Shown one piece after another: positions 1-12,250 of a stretch of 47,948 bases of DNA. A program made the position numbers and the translations under genes. Source of the stretch: Octopus bimaculoides (Eukaryota). Each line of letters starts with the position of its first letter. The first letter of the stretch is position 1. The stretch spans positions 56,350,749 to 56,398,696 of the forward strand of contig NC_068993.1 of the NCBI RefSeq assembly GCF_001194135.2. Direction: 5' to 3'. Below the pieces are notes generated by a model. The model was not told the DNA's origin, ran no database searches, and saw only the letters and a list, made by a program, of their open reading frames with translations.

Positions 1-110
1 CGGACAAAAAACAAGACAGGAAAACAAACAGAAGGCTTTACGGCCAGACGAGAAAAATTATGTGTGTATGAACGCGATGAGGCACGGAACCGAGAGAGAC
101 AAAGTGGTGG

Positions 111-180
111 CGTGTGTTACTTGGCGAAAACCAAGGAAGGAAAGGATTATTGACCGGAAGCATGTGACCATGCCGGTGTA
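111..180 (-). repeat. Dispersed repeat end (tacaccggcatggtcacatgcttccggtcaataatcc...), second copy at 44214-44285
   Basis: About 70 bp nearly identical to 44214-44285 in the opposite orientation; starts TA|CACC like a DNA-transposon end. Family not identified. Confidence 0.6.
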
Positions 181-272
181 TATATATATATACATACAAA
201 CATACAAACATACTAACACACCTGCCTGTTGTTCCCTCACCTGTCTTCGTCTTTCGTTTTCTGTAAATTTGA

Positions 273-274
<2 letters not shown>

Positions 275-351
<77 letters not shown>

Positions 352-395
352 CTATATATGCATGTGTATGTATGTATGTATGTATGTATGTATGT
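275..395 (+). repeat. (TCTA)n then (TATG)n compound microsatellite
   Basis: Visible directly in the sequence. Confidence 0.95.
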
Positions 396-429
396 TCACT
401 TTTCTTATTTTAGACTAAATTTTGACCGG

Positions 430-1170
430 TCCCCTATTTGGCAGTAAAAGGTTGTGAAGGAAGACATCTTGTTTTTAACCATCATCCTTTAAATCTTAAG
501 AAGGGTTTGCAAATTTTTATTCTCCCAGATACCGTGATCATTTGTTGTATATGAATTAACAATTTGCATTCTCCCTAAGATACCAAGTTCAGCCACCCTT
601 TGCTCCAGACTGGTTAGCATGTATCCAGTCGCTCCAATAATAATAGGTATGAAGATGAAAGCTAGATATGCAAGCTCCTTATCAATGGTCCATAGAGGTC
701 CTCTTTCTCTTGTATATTTCTCACAACATTCGCATCCAGAGGGCAGCTGATTTCCACAAGAGAACATGTCTTTTCTTTGTAATCTCACACAACAATATCT
801 GGCTGGTTTTGCTTTATCTGGGTGGCGGTTTTAATTTCCAAGTTTCACCAATACTTTTTTGACTCCCATCGATTTCAATATGGTCAATTTTGTAGGTATT
901 TTCTTTTTTTGTTCCACACCGTTTTGGCCACCGCATTATTCCTCATAGGAAGATAATATCTGGAAGACGTTCTCTCAGAGTCGGTAATAATACAGCTGGT
1001 GTCTTCATTCTTGATCTTGCAAAGCTCACATTTGATGTCTGTCAACGTTTTCTGATTTTGTGCTGTAGTTACTTGGTGAGATTCTTTTATTCTTGGATTA
1101 GATGGATGTGTAAGGGGTAAAATTGGTTGGCACTGGAAGGGTGCCACACAATTCTTTACATAAATGTTAG
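430..1170 (-). mobile_element. R4/Dong-like RLE non-LTR retrotransposon, degenerate 3' fragment
   Basis: Minus strand gives a decayed zinc knuckle (KCELCKIKNEDTS..SSRYYLPMRNNAVAKTVWN), the RLE motif (QPDIVV*DYKEKTCSLVEISCPLD) and FIPIIIGATG, with frameshifts and stops. Homologous to 46400-47270. Confidence 0.8.
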
Positions 1171-1245
1171 AGGAAAAATATCGGAGCAAGAAACATCCGA
1201 ACATAAAAAACAATCCTTTTATTTTGTATACTCTTTACTCTTTTA

Positions 1246-1465
1246 TTTGTTTCAGTCATTTGACTGTGGCCATGCTGGAGCACCGCCTTTAGGTCGAGCA
1301 AATCGACCCCAGGACTTATTCTTTGGAAGCCTAGTACTTATTCTATCGGTCTCTTTTGCCGAACCGCTAAGTTACGGGAACGTAAACACACCAGCATCGT
1401 TTGTCAAGCGATGTTGGGAGGACAAACACAGACACACAAACATATACACAGACATACATATATAT
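1246..1465 (-). mobile_element. Octopus-type SINE family B, 3' half
   Basis: Shares ...gcggccatgctggagcaccgcc...cttattctatcggtctcttttgccgaaccgctaagttacgg with at least 10 other copies in the window. Confidence 0.85.
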
Positions 1466-1789
1466 ATGTCCTTAGGTTTAACTTTCTATTATTTAGCGTA
1501 GCTATAGTGTGCGCTAACTTATGTGTGTGTTTTCGCCATGAGAGAGTTCCTCGGTGATTGTTGGAAATTAGAGTTTGGGACGATCGTGAGAATTCTGTCT
1601 GAATGTCGTTCATGTTTGTGGCTGTAAATGTCTGTGCTGCGGAGGTATTCTCTTGAAATGAATGGTGCTTGAGTATATTTGTTGTTACTGTCCAATTTAA
1701 GGATACACCTGAAGTCACCGTTCATTGGACTAAAGCAGGTTTGGTTTGAGTGGCGTCTAGGTTTTGGTGTGCGGCGAACTGTAGTTAAA

Positions 1790-3086
1790 TTATTTTTTCC
1801 AACCTCCAGAATTTTCTCAAATCTTCTTCGTTGGTGTAGTTTTGTATGCAGATGACGAAAATTCATTTTCTCTAGAAATTAATCATAAAAACGTTACAAG
1901 CCTTTAATGTTATGTAATTTTAACCAATCGGAAATTTCCATTACCGATATATCGGAAGTCGTAATTGTCTGTTTCCGTGGGAACGGTATTAACTTTATTA
2001 CTGTGATGCTGTTTTTGTATTCCTGGGTCAAAGAACTGATGACTGTCTGTTTCTGTGTGAAGGAATCCGGAATCAGCATCACTACGGCTGTTGATTACAA
2101 CAATCATTCACACGAGATATAGATGAACGAGTGACTGCGCGACCCATCAAAGATTGATGGTCCGAACTCGAATTGTCGAATTTGACGAGGCGAAAATATA
2201 ACAACGGTAGATATTAATTGCTGGTAGGGACACGATATATATGCAGCTATAATATGCCATCAAATATATTAAAAGCTAACTTGTGTTAGCAATGCTATTC
2301 AATCACTTTTTAAAGTTATCTCTACAGATTTTCCATAGAAATTAGAGTCAGCACTGATTTGTTACAACGTTTCCTATACGAATACGTCTATGTAAACAAT
2401 GCGATCGAAAATAGAAGAATAGGTAATGGGTTTATATGAATAGTTCAGGAGTTCTCGTTCCTTCTTCTGCACCAAATCTGACCTATTAACCATCCACGAA
2501 CACATTGCTTTAATAGAAAGTTATATAACGTTTCTATAGAGTATCTGTAGAGATAACTTTAAAAACAAAGCGAGAATGTCATCAGAACAATGGATCTTTC
2601 ACGATGCGTGTCGTGAGATACGAGAGGTACTTCTTTATGCTGTGTTTTTCCCGAATAATGATACACGGAAAGAGAGAAAGATATATATATNNNNNNNNNN
2701 NNNNNNNNNNNNNNNNNNNNNNNNNNNNNNNNNNNNNNNNNNNNNNNNNNNNNNNNNNNNNNNNNNNNNNNNNNNNNNNNNNNNNNNNNNNNNNNNNNNN
2801 NNNNNNNNNNNNNNNNNNNNNNNNNNNNNNNNNNNNNNNNNNNNNNNNNNNNNNNNNNNNNNNNNNNNNNNNNNNNNNNNNNNNNNNNNNNNNNNNNNNN
2901 NNNNNNNNNNNNNNNNNNNNNNNNNNNNNNNNNNNNNNNNNNNNNNNNNNNNNNNNNNNNNNNNNNNNNNNNNNNNNNNNNNNNNNNNNNNNNNNNNNNN
3001 NNNNNNNNNNNNNNNNNNNNNNNNNNNNNNNNNNNNNNNNNNNNNNNNNNNNNNNNNNNNNNNNNNNNNNNNNNNNNNNNNNNNNN

Positions 3087-3117
<31 letters not shown>

Positions 3118-3336
3118 GTATGTATATGTTTGTGTGTCTGTGTTTGACCCCCCCCCATCATCGCTTGACAACTGATGGCAGTGTGTTTATGTACCCGTAA
3201 CTTAGCGGTTCGGCAAAAGAGAACGATAGAATAAGTACTAGGCTCCCAAAGAATAAGTCCTGGGGTCGACTTGCTCGACTAAAGGCGGTGCTCCAGCATG
3301 GCCACAGTCAAATGACTGAAACAAGTCAATATATAT

Positions 3337-3368
<32 letters not shown>

Positions 3369-3857
3369 CAATCGATTCTACCGCGAACAACAACACATAA
3401 CGACTTGTGGCGAACATATTCGTACATTCCAGAAATACTGTACAGAGTGTTTAACTCGCAACGACAGACCCCACACTCAACAAGTGGAAAGCACTTGGGT
3501 CGGCCTCGAGCGACAAAGTAAACGGCACTGTGGCACTCATTCCACAGTAGACTCGTATCTCTAAGAATTCATGAGATACCGTAGGTACGAATAGTGTGAC
3601 CTGCTCGAAAAACTTTTTGAGTGCATAGTGAAATTTCATTTGATGTTCAACGATAATGTTATGGTCGTTCCTGAGGAAACAGGCAATTGCGACATCAGCA
3701 ATGAACGCTTCCGTTTGGCTAAAATTGCCTAACATGAAAGGCAAGTAACTTTTTATAATTAATTTGTAGAGAAAATGAATGCGATTTTGGCCCATCAGCA
3801 TGCAAAACTACACCAGTGTAGGAAATTTTAGAAAATTTTAGCGGTTTGTAAAAAATT
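1790..3857 (+). pseudogene. Merlin/ISXO2 (IS1595-like) DDE transposon relic with ~200-bp inverted repeats, split by later insertions
   Basis: Colinear fragments: MLFLYSWVKELM...TTAVDYNN (~2000-2105), IVEFDE (2172-2189), EQWIFHDACREIREVLLYAV (~2585-2645), TTTHNDLW (~3387-3410) and HTQQVESTW...DSYL*EFM (~3472-3575). Segments 1790-1990 and 3660-3857 are reverse complements of each other. Confidence 0.75.
3110..3330 (+). mobile_element. SINE family B 3' half, nested in the Merlin relic
   Basis: catcgcttgacaactgatggc...gtaacttagcggttcggcaaaaga...ccagcatggccacagtcaaatgactgaaacaag. Confidence 0.85.
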
Positions 3858-4039
3858 AAAAAGATCCAAATTAAAAACCAATAAAAGTGTAGAATCTGGT
3901 ATTTATAATAACTTTATAGTCAATAACTTCGAATTTCACTTCGAAGTCAGTCAACAAAATCATACACACACACACACACACACACTCACACATATATATA
4001 TACAGAGAGAGAGAGAGAGAGAGAGGGAGGGAGAGAGAT

Positions 4040-4235
4040 TACTTGTTTCAGTCATTAGTCTGCGGCCATGCTGGAGTACAGACTTGAAGAATTTTGCTCG
4101 AATGAATCGACCGCATTAATTTTTTTTTCAAAGTTCGGTACTTATTCTATCGGATTCTTTTTCCGAACCGCATAGTTAGAGGGGCGTAAGCACATCAATA
4201 CCGGTTGACAAGCGGTCGTGGAGGACAGACAGAAA
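4040..4235 (-). mobile_element. SINE family B 3' half
   Basis: ttacttgtttcagtcattagtctgcggccatgctgg...cttattctatcgg matches the other family B copies. Confidence 0.8.
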
Positions 4236-5039
4236 CATCTCTCTCTTCCTCTAACGATCAAATATATATATACATATGTATGTATGCATATATATATATA
4301 TATGTATATATATATANNNNNNNNNNNNNNNNNNNNNNNNNNNNNNNNNNNNNNNNNNNNNNNNNNNNNNNNNNNNNNNNNNNNNNNNNNNNNNNNNNNN
4401 NNNNNNNNNNNNNNNNNNNNNNNNNNNNNNNNNNNNNNNNNNNNNNNNNNNNNNNNNNNNNNNNNNNNNNNNNNNNNNNNNNNNNNNNNNNNNNNNNNNN
4501 NNNNNNNNNNNNNNNNNNNNNNNNNNNNNNNNNNNNNNNNNNNNNNNNNNNNNNNNNNNNNNNNNNNNNNNNNNNNNNNNNNNNNNNNNNNNNNNNNNNN
4601 NNNNNNNNNNNNNNNNNNNNNNNNNNNNNNNNNNNNNNNNNNNNNNNNNNNNNNNNNNNNNNNNNNNNNNNNNNNNNNNNNNNNNNNNNNNNNNNNNNNN
4701 NNNNNNNNNNNNNNNNNNNNNNNNNNNNNNNNNNNNNNNNNNNNNNNNNNNNNNNNNNNNNNNNNNNNNNNNNNNNNNNNNNNNNNNNNNNNNNNNNNNN
4801 NNNNNNNNNNNNNNNNNNNNNNNNNNNNNNNNNNNNNNNNNNNNNNNNNNNNNNNNNNNNNNNNNNNNNNNNNNNNNNNNNNNNNNNNNNNNNNNNNNNN
4901 NNNNNNNNNNNNNNNNNNNNNNNNNNNNNNNNNNNNNNNNNNNNNNNNNNNNNNNNNNNNNNNNNNNNNNNNNNNNNNNNNNNNNNNNNACACACACACA
5001 CACATACACGCTCGCACATACATACAAACATATGTATGG

Positions 5040-5084
<45 letters not shown>

Positions 5085-5148
5085 CACACACATATATACA
5101 TATATGCACGTATATATGTATGTATGTATGTATCTATCTATCTATCTG

Positions 5149-5179
<31 letters not shown>

Positions 5180-5228
5180 GTGCATGTTATATACATATAG
5201 TGTGAGTTGTATATATATATATATATGT

Positions 5229-5290
<62 letters not shown>

Positions 5291-5614
5291 NNNNNNNNNN
5301 ATATATATACATATATTGATATATATATATATATACACATACACGCATAGAGAGGCATAAAAGCATACATAGAAACACACACACACACACACAGGTGTGT
5401 GTGTATCTGTTCACATGTGTATGTATGTGTGAACTTGTGTATTTCAGTGTCTTCTTGATACACACACACACACACACACATACACACAAATGTGTGTGTG
5501 TGTGTACACTAACAACAAAAAAGCATTTGTAAAACTGTCTAAAAAAAAATAACCCCTTATATAATAAATAGGTATGTGGTGAAAAATTATGTAATAAAAA
5601 AGTAAAAAGCTCCT

Positions 5615-6343
5615 ACAACAACAACAACAATAGTCCCAGCCGTGTCAACAATTACAACAACAACAACAACAACAACAATAATAATAATAATGATAATAAC
5701 GGTTGTCGCAGAGATAACGTCTGTTACAACAACAAAAGCAGCCATCAAGGTATTATTAAAGACAACTGTAATGATTGCAGTTACAACAAACACATCTATG
5801 GAAACCATAGCAACTACGACAACAACAAGCACAACAAGAACAACAACAAAAGTGATAGCAACTGTGGCAGCAGCAGTGGCTGCTCTGACATTTAAAACAA
5901 CAACAACAACAACAACAACGACGACGACGACGACGACGATGACAACAACAACAACAACNNNNNNNNNNNNNNNNNNNNNNNNNNNNNNNNNNNNNNNNNN
6001 NNNNNNNNNNNNNNNNNNNNNNNNNNNNNNNNNNNNNNNNNNNNNNNNNNNNNNNNNNNNNNNNNNNNNNNNNNNNNNNNNNNNNNNNNNNNNNNNNNNN
6101 NNNNNNNNNNNNNNNNNNNNNNNNNNNNNNNNNNNNNNNNNNNNNNNNNNNNNNNNNNNNNNNNNNNTAGATATATAGATATATATATATACATATATAT
6201 ATACATATATACATATATGTACACATACACACAAATAAATATGTATGTACATGTAATATCTAAAGCATGTATTCGTCTGGGTATATGTACTTTTGACTGG
6301 CCGACATTTCAATGTATTAACTAGAGTGTTAAGCAGCACACAG

Positions 6344-6415
<72 letters not shown>

Positions 6416-6420
6416 ACACA
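5615..6420 (+). repeat. Degenerate (CAA)n tract, ~100-bp unique core and (CA)n; homologous to 19700-20300
   Basis: The core aaagcatgtatt.gtctggg.at.tgtacttttgactggccgacatttc occurs at ~6260-6310 and ~20147-20195 in the same CAA-to-CA context. Confidence 0.75.
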
Positions 6421-6979
6421 CACAAAGTTATCTACTTATATAACATGAACTACAACAACAACGGCGACGCCAGTTGCAACAAAAACTGGAGACAACTCGT
6501 CAGTGGGGTACGTGTACTTTCTGAGCTGCACACAGCTTTCACTGTTGCATATGCAGTGTATAGTCATAAAGATACATATATACATATGCACACATGCAAT
6601 TACATACATACGTATACACGTGTATATCTATAGATTTATATATACATACATATATATACATACATAAATTTTGAAGCCATTATATGGAACTATGAAACAT
6701 TCCAGAACTTTTAGCCTGAAGTGTGTACTCATATACGCATACAGATATGCATATATGTACATATTGTACGTGTACGTGCGTGTGTACGTATGTGTGTGTG
6801 TGTGTGTGTGTGTTTGAGAAGATACTGATTCCCACGCGCAATGGAATGAGAAAATGCACATAAATACACATGTGCAGACACATTTAACGTATACACACAC
6901 ACACACACCCATGCATCCATTCATCCATCCATACATCCATTCACACTCACACACACATATGTATGTATGTATGTATGTA

Positions 6980-7780
6980 TTGGGTTGGCTAAAATGCCCG
7001 TTCGGTTTTTTTTTTTGAGCAAAAAATAAGACACAAGTTTTAAACATGAAGCGATTTCTCCAATCAAAGATATCACCATTTCGTTCCAGTACATTCTGCT
7101 ATCTTCTGGGCAGATCTATTATTCCCCCTGCTCAAAGAATTTCCAGTCTCTTCAAGTGAATTTTCACATCCTCTTCAGATTTGAAGGCCTGTCCATTCAA
7201 TGAATTTTGAAGAAACCGAAACAGGTGGAGCTCTGAAAGTGCAACGTTGGGCGAATACGAAGAGTGCAGTGGAACCTTCCAGCCAAGCTCCAGTATGACC
7301 TCTGCCGTGTCTGCAAAGAAGCAACCTTAAAGACATTGTCGTGATGAAAGACTATGCCCTTATGATTAGCAAGTACTGGGCTCTTCTGGTGGACCGTTGC
7401 ATTTAATATACTCAGCTGGTTACAGTATAAATCCAAATTGGTGATTCTGTCAGTGGAAAGGAACTTGTAAAAGACAATACACTTCTAATCCTTTTTTGGG
7501 TGAAGTCCTGCTTTGGAGGTTATTTGTGGCGGTTCGCCGTGTTTCCCTCCAGATCGTTTGCACTACTCATTGTCATAGATGATCTACTTTTCGTCCCCAG
7601 CCATCATTCTATTCAAAGTTGCATCGTTTTCTTCACGTTTCTACAACGAATCGCAGATGGAAAGCCGTTGGGTAAGGGTTAGCTTCATTCAATTAATGTA
7701 CGACCTTAACATCAAGCCTGCTGCTGTAACCAAGGTGATGATTTTCAGCCCTCGATTTAGATATGTGCAGAATATCGGCG
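6980..7780 (-). mobile_element. mariner transposon relic (catalytic and C-terminal part plus 3' TIR)
   Basis: TA|ttgggttggctaaaatgccc TIR. Decayed motifs MAGDEK*IIYDN, KGIVFHHDN and a YSPDLAP-like region (tattcgcccaacgttgcactttcag). Confidence 0.85.
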
Positions 7781-7785
7781 ATCAT

Positions 7786-8076
7786 AAAGCGGCGAGCTGG
7801 CAGAAACGTTAGCACGCCGGTCGAAACGCTTAACGGTATTTCCTCTGAGTTCAAATTCCACCGAGGTCGACTTTGATTTTCATCCTTTTGGGATCGATAA
7901 ATTAAGTACCAGTTGCGTACTGGGGTCGATATAATCGACTGGCCCCTCCCCCAAAATTTCAGGCCTTGTGCCTAGAGTAGACCTCGGCGGAATTTGAACT
8001 CAGAACGTAAAGACAGACAAAATACCGCTAAGCATTTCGCCCGGCATGCTAACGTTTCTGCCAGCTCGCCGCCTTA
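7786..8076. mobile_element. SINE family A fold-back: full + copy (7786-7978) fused to an inverted 5' part (7980-8076)
   Basis: ggcgagctggcagaaacgttagcacgcc at the left end and its reverse complement at the right end; the junction reads gagtaga|cctcggcgg. Confidence 0.85.
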
Positions 8077-8154
8077 ATATATGTACATATATTCATACAT
8101 GCACCCTTATATACATCAGCATTTCACAGTCGGTGTTGATTTGCTTATGTCCCC

Positions 8155-8250
8155 ATAACTTAGCGGTTCGGCAAAATGAATTGATAGAATAAATAAATTA
8201 AACATTTCAAGGTAGGGCCCATGGATAGCCGCAGTCTGATGATTGACAAT
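8155..8250 (+). mobile_element. SINE family B fragment
   Basis: ccataacttagcggttcggcaaaa...gatagaataa. Confidence 0.6.
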
Positions 8251-8270
8251 AGAAAAAGCTAAGTAATATA

Positions 8271-8951
8271 CACCTTGTGACCAGAGAACTGGGCTCAGCT
8301 ACCGTGTGTCGCAGAACTATGAAGAGAAATTCCAGTAGACATTTTAGGACACAAGAATAGCACCAAATTATAGAAAATGTCTAGAGGAGAAAGATAAAAA
8401 GCTACTTGGATGTAAAATATTCCAACTACTCGCATTTCGATGCAAAGCAATTGCGCCCACAAGCTACGTTCGCAGACGAGAAATACTGCTCTTCCTCCGT
8501 TCTTTCCATCAACAAACCACTCGATAACGATTAATTCTCAAGTCGACAGAAAGTTTACTGATTTGATGTTATCCGTAATCGATCAAGTTGCTAAGAACAA
8601 CCAAAACACATTGAAATTCCCAGCTTTCGGTCATTGAATGGCATACTGTAATGGTGTTGCAGTTACTATTCGCTAATATATATTAGTAACAGAGGTCGAA
8701 CGAAATGATAGCGTAGAACTAAAACGAGCGTAGCTGCGGACGTAATTGCTTCGCATTGAAATGCGAGTAACTGGGATATTTTACATCCCAGCAGCTCTTT
8801 ATCATTTTCATGTAACCCAATGGGGGATATTTTCTAGACGTTTTTGTTGAATTTGGTGCTGTTCTTGTGTCAGATCAAAAGTCCACTGAATTGTTTCTTG
8901 ATAATCCTGCGACACGCGATAGTGGAACCCAATCCTCTGGTCACCATGGTG
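8271..8951. mobile_element. Long-TIR MITE (fold-back type)
   Basis: 8271-8475 and ~8725-8951 are diverged reverse complements (gtgaccagag...gacacaagaa.agcaccaaatt...gatgtaaaatat.cca..tactcgcatttc.atgc.aagcaatt); TA lies immediately to the left. Confidence 0.8.
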
Positions 8952-9277
8952 TCTATAGTTTATTTTTACTAGTTTCAGTCATAGGATTGCGGCTATGCTA
9001 TCTCTCTCTGAAAGGAATATCGACGAACCATAGAAAAAAACCTTGGACTATTAGATCTGTCATCGGATGTAAGGTAAATAATGAACCAAGAACCGATAGC
9101 TGCAAGATTATGACAAACGGTTCAAAATCTACGGCATGTGTCGACGTCGACAACTGAACAGTTTTGTTATTGTTAGTCATTACAAAAACGTTGGACTATC
9201 AACTATAAACTTGCATTTAATTCCCAAACTATATCGCAGCATGAAAAGCCATACTCCATACCCACTAGGTTGTAAAT

Positions 9278-9532
9278 CAGTGGTTCTCAGCTATTTTTTG
9301 CCTGTAGACCCCTTTGATCCCTATTTCACTCAGCTGGACCCCATACCCATTTAGTGTTTAAAAAAAACCCATTATAGTTTTATGATTAAATATTATTAGG
9401 AATTGTATTTTTAAAATTATTAAAATATTTTGTGTATCGTAGAAGCATAAACAATTTATTGCACAGAAACTTTAACAGCAAAATCTATTATAGATTCCCA
9501 AGGGTCATGTGGGCTTCAGTTGAGAATCACTG
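9278..9532. mobile_element. hAT-type MITE
   Basis: TIRs cagtggttctcagc / gttgagaatcactg; 8-bp TSD ttgtaaat / gtgaaaat (6/8 match). Confidence 0.8.
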
Positions 9533-9614
9533 GTGAAAATGGCGCTCTCCGAAATAATCTAGACTCATTCTGGGAAAATGGAGAACTTGGAATCTACATC
9601 ACAACATAAACAAT

Positions 9615-9980
9615 AAAACTCAAAGAGCGCAAACCTTTGCCAAGGCAACATCAACTTCCTCTCAATGATTAGCTGGAGATGATTTTTTAAAATGAGAATA
9701 TCTGAAATAAACTCGACTGCTCTCACAAACAAGAATACTAAAAATGAACCTAACTGCTCTCAAAAATTAAGTTAAAAAAACCAGAAAAATAATCCAGAAT
9801 CCTTGTCCAGTATCGGATTGATGCGAAAAATTTTATCAGTTCGTGCCAGTCATGAGGCAAAACATCCCTGAAAGTTTCATCCGAATCTATCCAGCAGTTC
9901 TTGAGATATCTTGTCCATGGACAAACAAACAAACACAACTGAAAACAATACCTCCGCCTTCGCTGAGGCGGAGGTAATAA
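9615..9980 (-). mobile_element. Helentron-associated / DINE-1-like non-autonomous element, apparently full length
   Basis: Perfect 10-bp stem tacctccgcc-ttcgctga-ggcggaggta (~9949-9976), an internal (GTTT)n and a 3' end ...ttggcaaaggtttgcgctct. Family assignment is an inference from this architecture. Confidence 0.65.
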
Positions 9981-10259
9981 ACAGCACAACGGCGATGCAG
10001 TATAATCAAATGAACTACGAAGTGAATGGTGTGAAAGCGTCTCACCAAAAAGCGTGACACCTTCAGTGAAACTCTCCTGACAGTTGTCAAACTACCGAAT
10101 GGGGAATCACATGGGAATGGTATGGCAATTATTGGCATATGAAACTCTCATTCTACTGGGAAATTCCCATGAATGTATTCAAATAAACGATAGATTCTAG
10201 TCTCGATGTGACAGATTGGTTGACAGTTAAACAGACAGCACACGTACCTAAGAATCAAG

Positions 10260-10342
10260 ACATATGTATGTATGCATGTATGTATGTATGTTTGCTTGTA
10301 TGCATGTATGTATGTATTTATGTATGTATGTATGTATGTATG

Positions 10343-10400
<58 letters not shown>
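10260..10400 (+). repeat. (TATG)n/(TCTA)n microsatellite
   Basis: Visible directly in the sequence. Confidence 0.95.
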
Positions 10401-10401
<1 letters not shown>

Positions 10402-10594
10402 TTAAGCGGTTCTCACCCGTGGCTCCCAGGGCCGCATTTATCCTCCAAGCATCCTTCCGACAGCCTTCCCTGTGTGGATACAACAAAAGTTTCTTTAATT
10501 GATGCGTGTTTTACATTTCCTGGTGCTGACCCCTACCAAAAATTCAGATCTTTAGGTCTGGCCCGGGTATTTAAAAAGTTGAAAACCACTTATC

Positions 10595-10625
<31 letters not shown>

Positions 10626-10771
10626 ATATATGGATAGATAGATAAATAGAGATAGACAGACACACACACGCACACACTCATACAGATACACACAGATATA
10701 AACACACACAAACACACACAAACACATATATAAATAGTAACACAAAGAGGTGTGTGTGTGTGTGTATGTGT

Positions 10772-11035
10772 CTGAAATTTTCAGGGATGTTTGGCCTCAT
10801 GACTGGTCCGAATTGATTAAATTTCGGGATCGATCCGGTACCGGACAAGGATTCTGGATTATTTTTCCGGTTTTTTAAACTTAATTTTTGAGAGAGGTTA
10901 GGTTCAATTTTAGTATTCTTGTTTGTGAGAGCATTCGAGTTTATTTCAGATATTCTTATTTTAAAAATCATCTCCAGTTAATCGTTGAGAGGACGTTGGT
11001 GTTGCCTTGGCGGAAGTTTGCGCTCTCTGAGTTCT
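10772..11035 (+). mobile_element. Second, 5'-truncated copy of the 9615-9980 element, inverted
   Basis: Reverse complement aligns with 9615-9880 (e.g. agaatatctgaaataaactcga.tgctctcacaaacaagaatactaaaa). Confidence 0.8.
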
Positions 11036-11065
11036 CTTGTTTATTATTATAATTTTTTTGGCCAA

Positions 11066-11104
<39 letters not shown>

Positions 11105-11369
11105 CGTGTTTGTGTGAGTGTGTACGTATGTAGACGTTATGAATGCAGAAGGTTTATGTCTATGTATTGTGACAATATGGTTGCGTGTATTTTTTATCTT
11201 TTATCTTTTTTCTTTTTCTACCCATTAGAGTAACCTCCTTTTTATTCAACGGTTTTTCATAGCGTCTGTGCCCATTAATAGCAGACGAGAATGCATCGTA
11301 GCTCTTCGCTACGACATTCGAAACTCCGAGTACTATAATGACAACTTTTTACTGTTTGTTGTTTATTAT

Positions 11370-11416
<47 letters not shown>

Positions 11417-12250
11417 TCACACACATACATACATACATACATACATACATACATACATACATACATACATTTATGTGTAAATGTTCTTTTCTGAGCAGAG
11501 CGTAGTTTCGATCTACGGACCTCTGGATCATGGCCTCATTAAACTTTCACTGCGTCACGTTGCTCAACGAGTGATTAAGCACATACACCTTGTATTATTT
11601 CTTTTGTTGTTTGTCTGGGTTAAATTACTTCTATTACATCATCCACCATATGTTATTTATTTATTTATTTTCACTTTTATTCATTCACTTCTATGCATTG
11701 AACTGTGTCAAATGTAAATACACACACAATACATGCTGCAACACTGAGATATTAATTTGCTTGCTGAAAAGTGATATTTCACTCTGCCGATAATCCGAGG
11801 GTAGTGCGTGACAAACCGCATGTATAAATCTCTGCCTTGAAAATCTTGTTTTAGGTGTCTCTTCATTTGCCATTTTTAGACCAGCCAAAAGCTAAACCAA
11901 TTCTATATATGTTTCCTCTGCGCAGCGTAAAAAGCGTGCTTGCTCGTAGCTTTACTATAAGAACAGTTTGTCTAAGAATAATAGCAGTAGTTAATGCCAT
12001 TAAAAGAACTGTTCCTCATGGCTACCACTAAAAACTGAAAGAGCAGCTATTATCACAAACCGAGTATTCCAGTGTGACAGTTTCTCTGTGCTGTTCTTCG
12101 GCCTGGCTGTAAACTCTTGTCAATCTTGTTGCGGAAAGATTAAGACCTTATGTTAGGATTTGAAGAGGAGAGAAAAACTAATGTTCTCCGTATATTTTTG
12201 CTGTTTTTGTTGATGACCTTAAACTGTATTTAGGTAATATTTGCGACAAG

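Noticed and set aside
1519-1866. 115-aa minus-strand ORF, possibly a LINE endonuclease remnant
   Set aside because: There is only vague GDF/NxxF similarity, and part of it overlaps the left inverted arm of the Merlin relic.
5642-6178. Thr-rich mucin-like ORF (also 19700-20110 and 30660-30989)
   Set aside because: These are degenerate (CAA)n microsatellites; several frames are open, there are no splice signals, and such tracts recur throughout the window.
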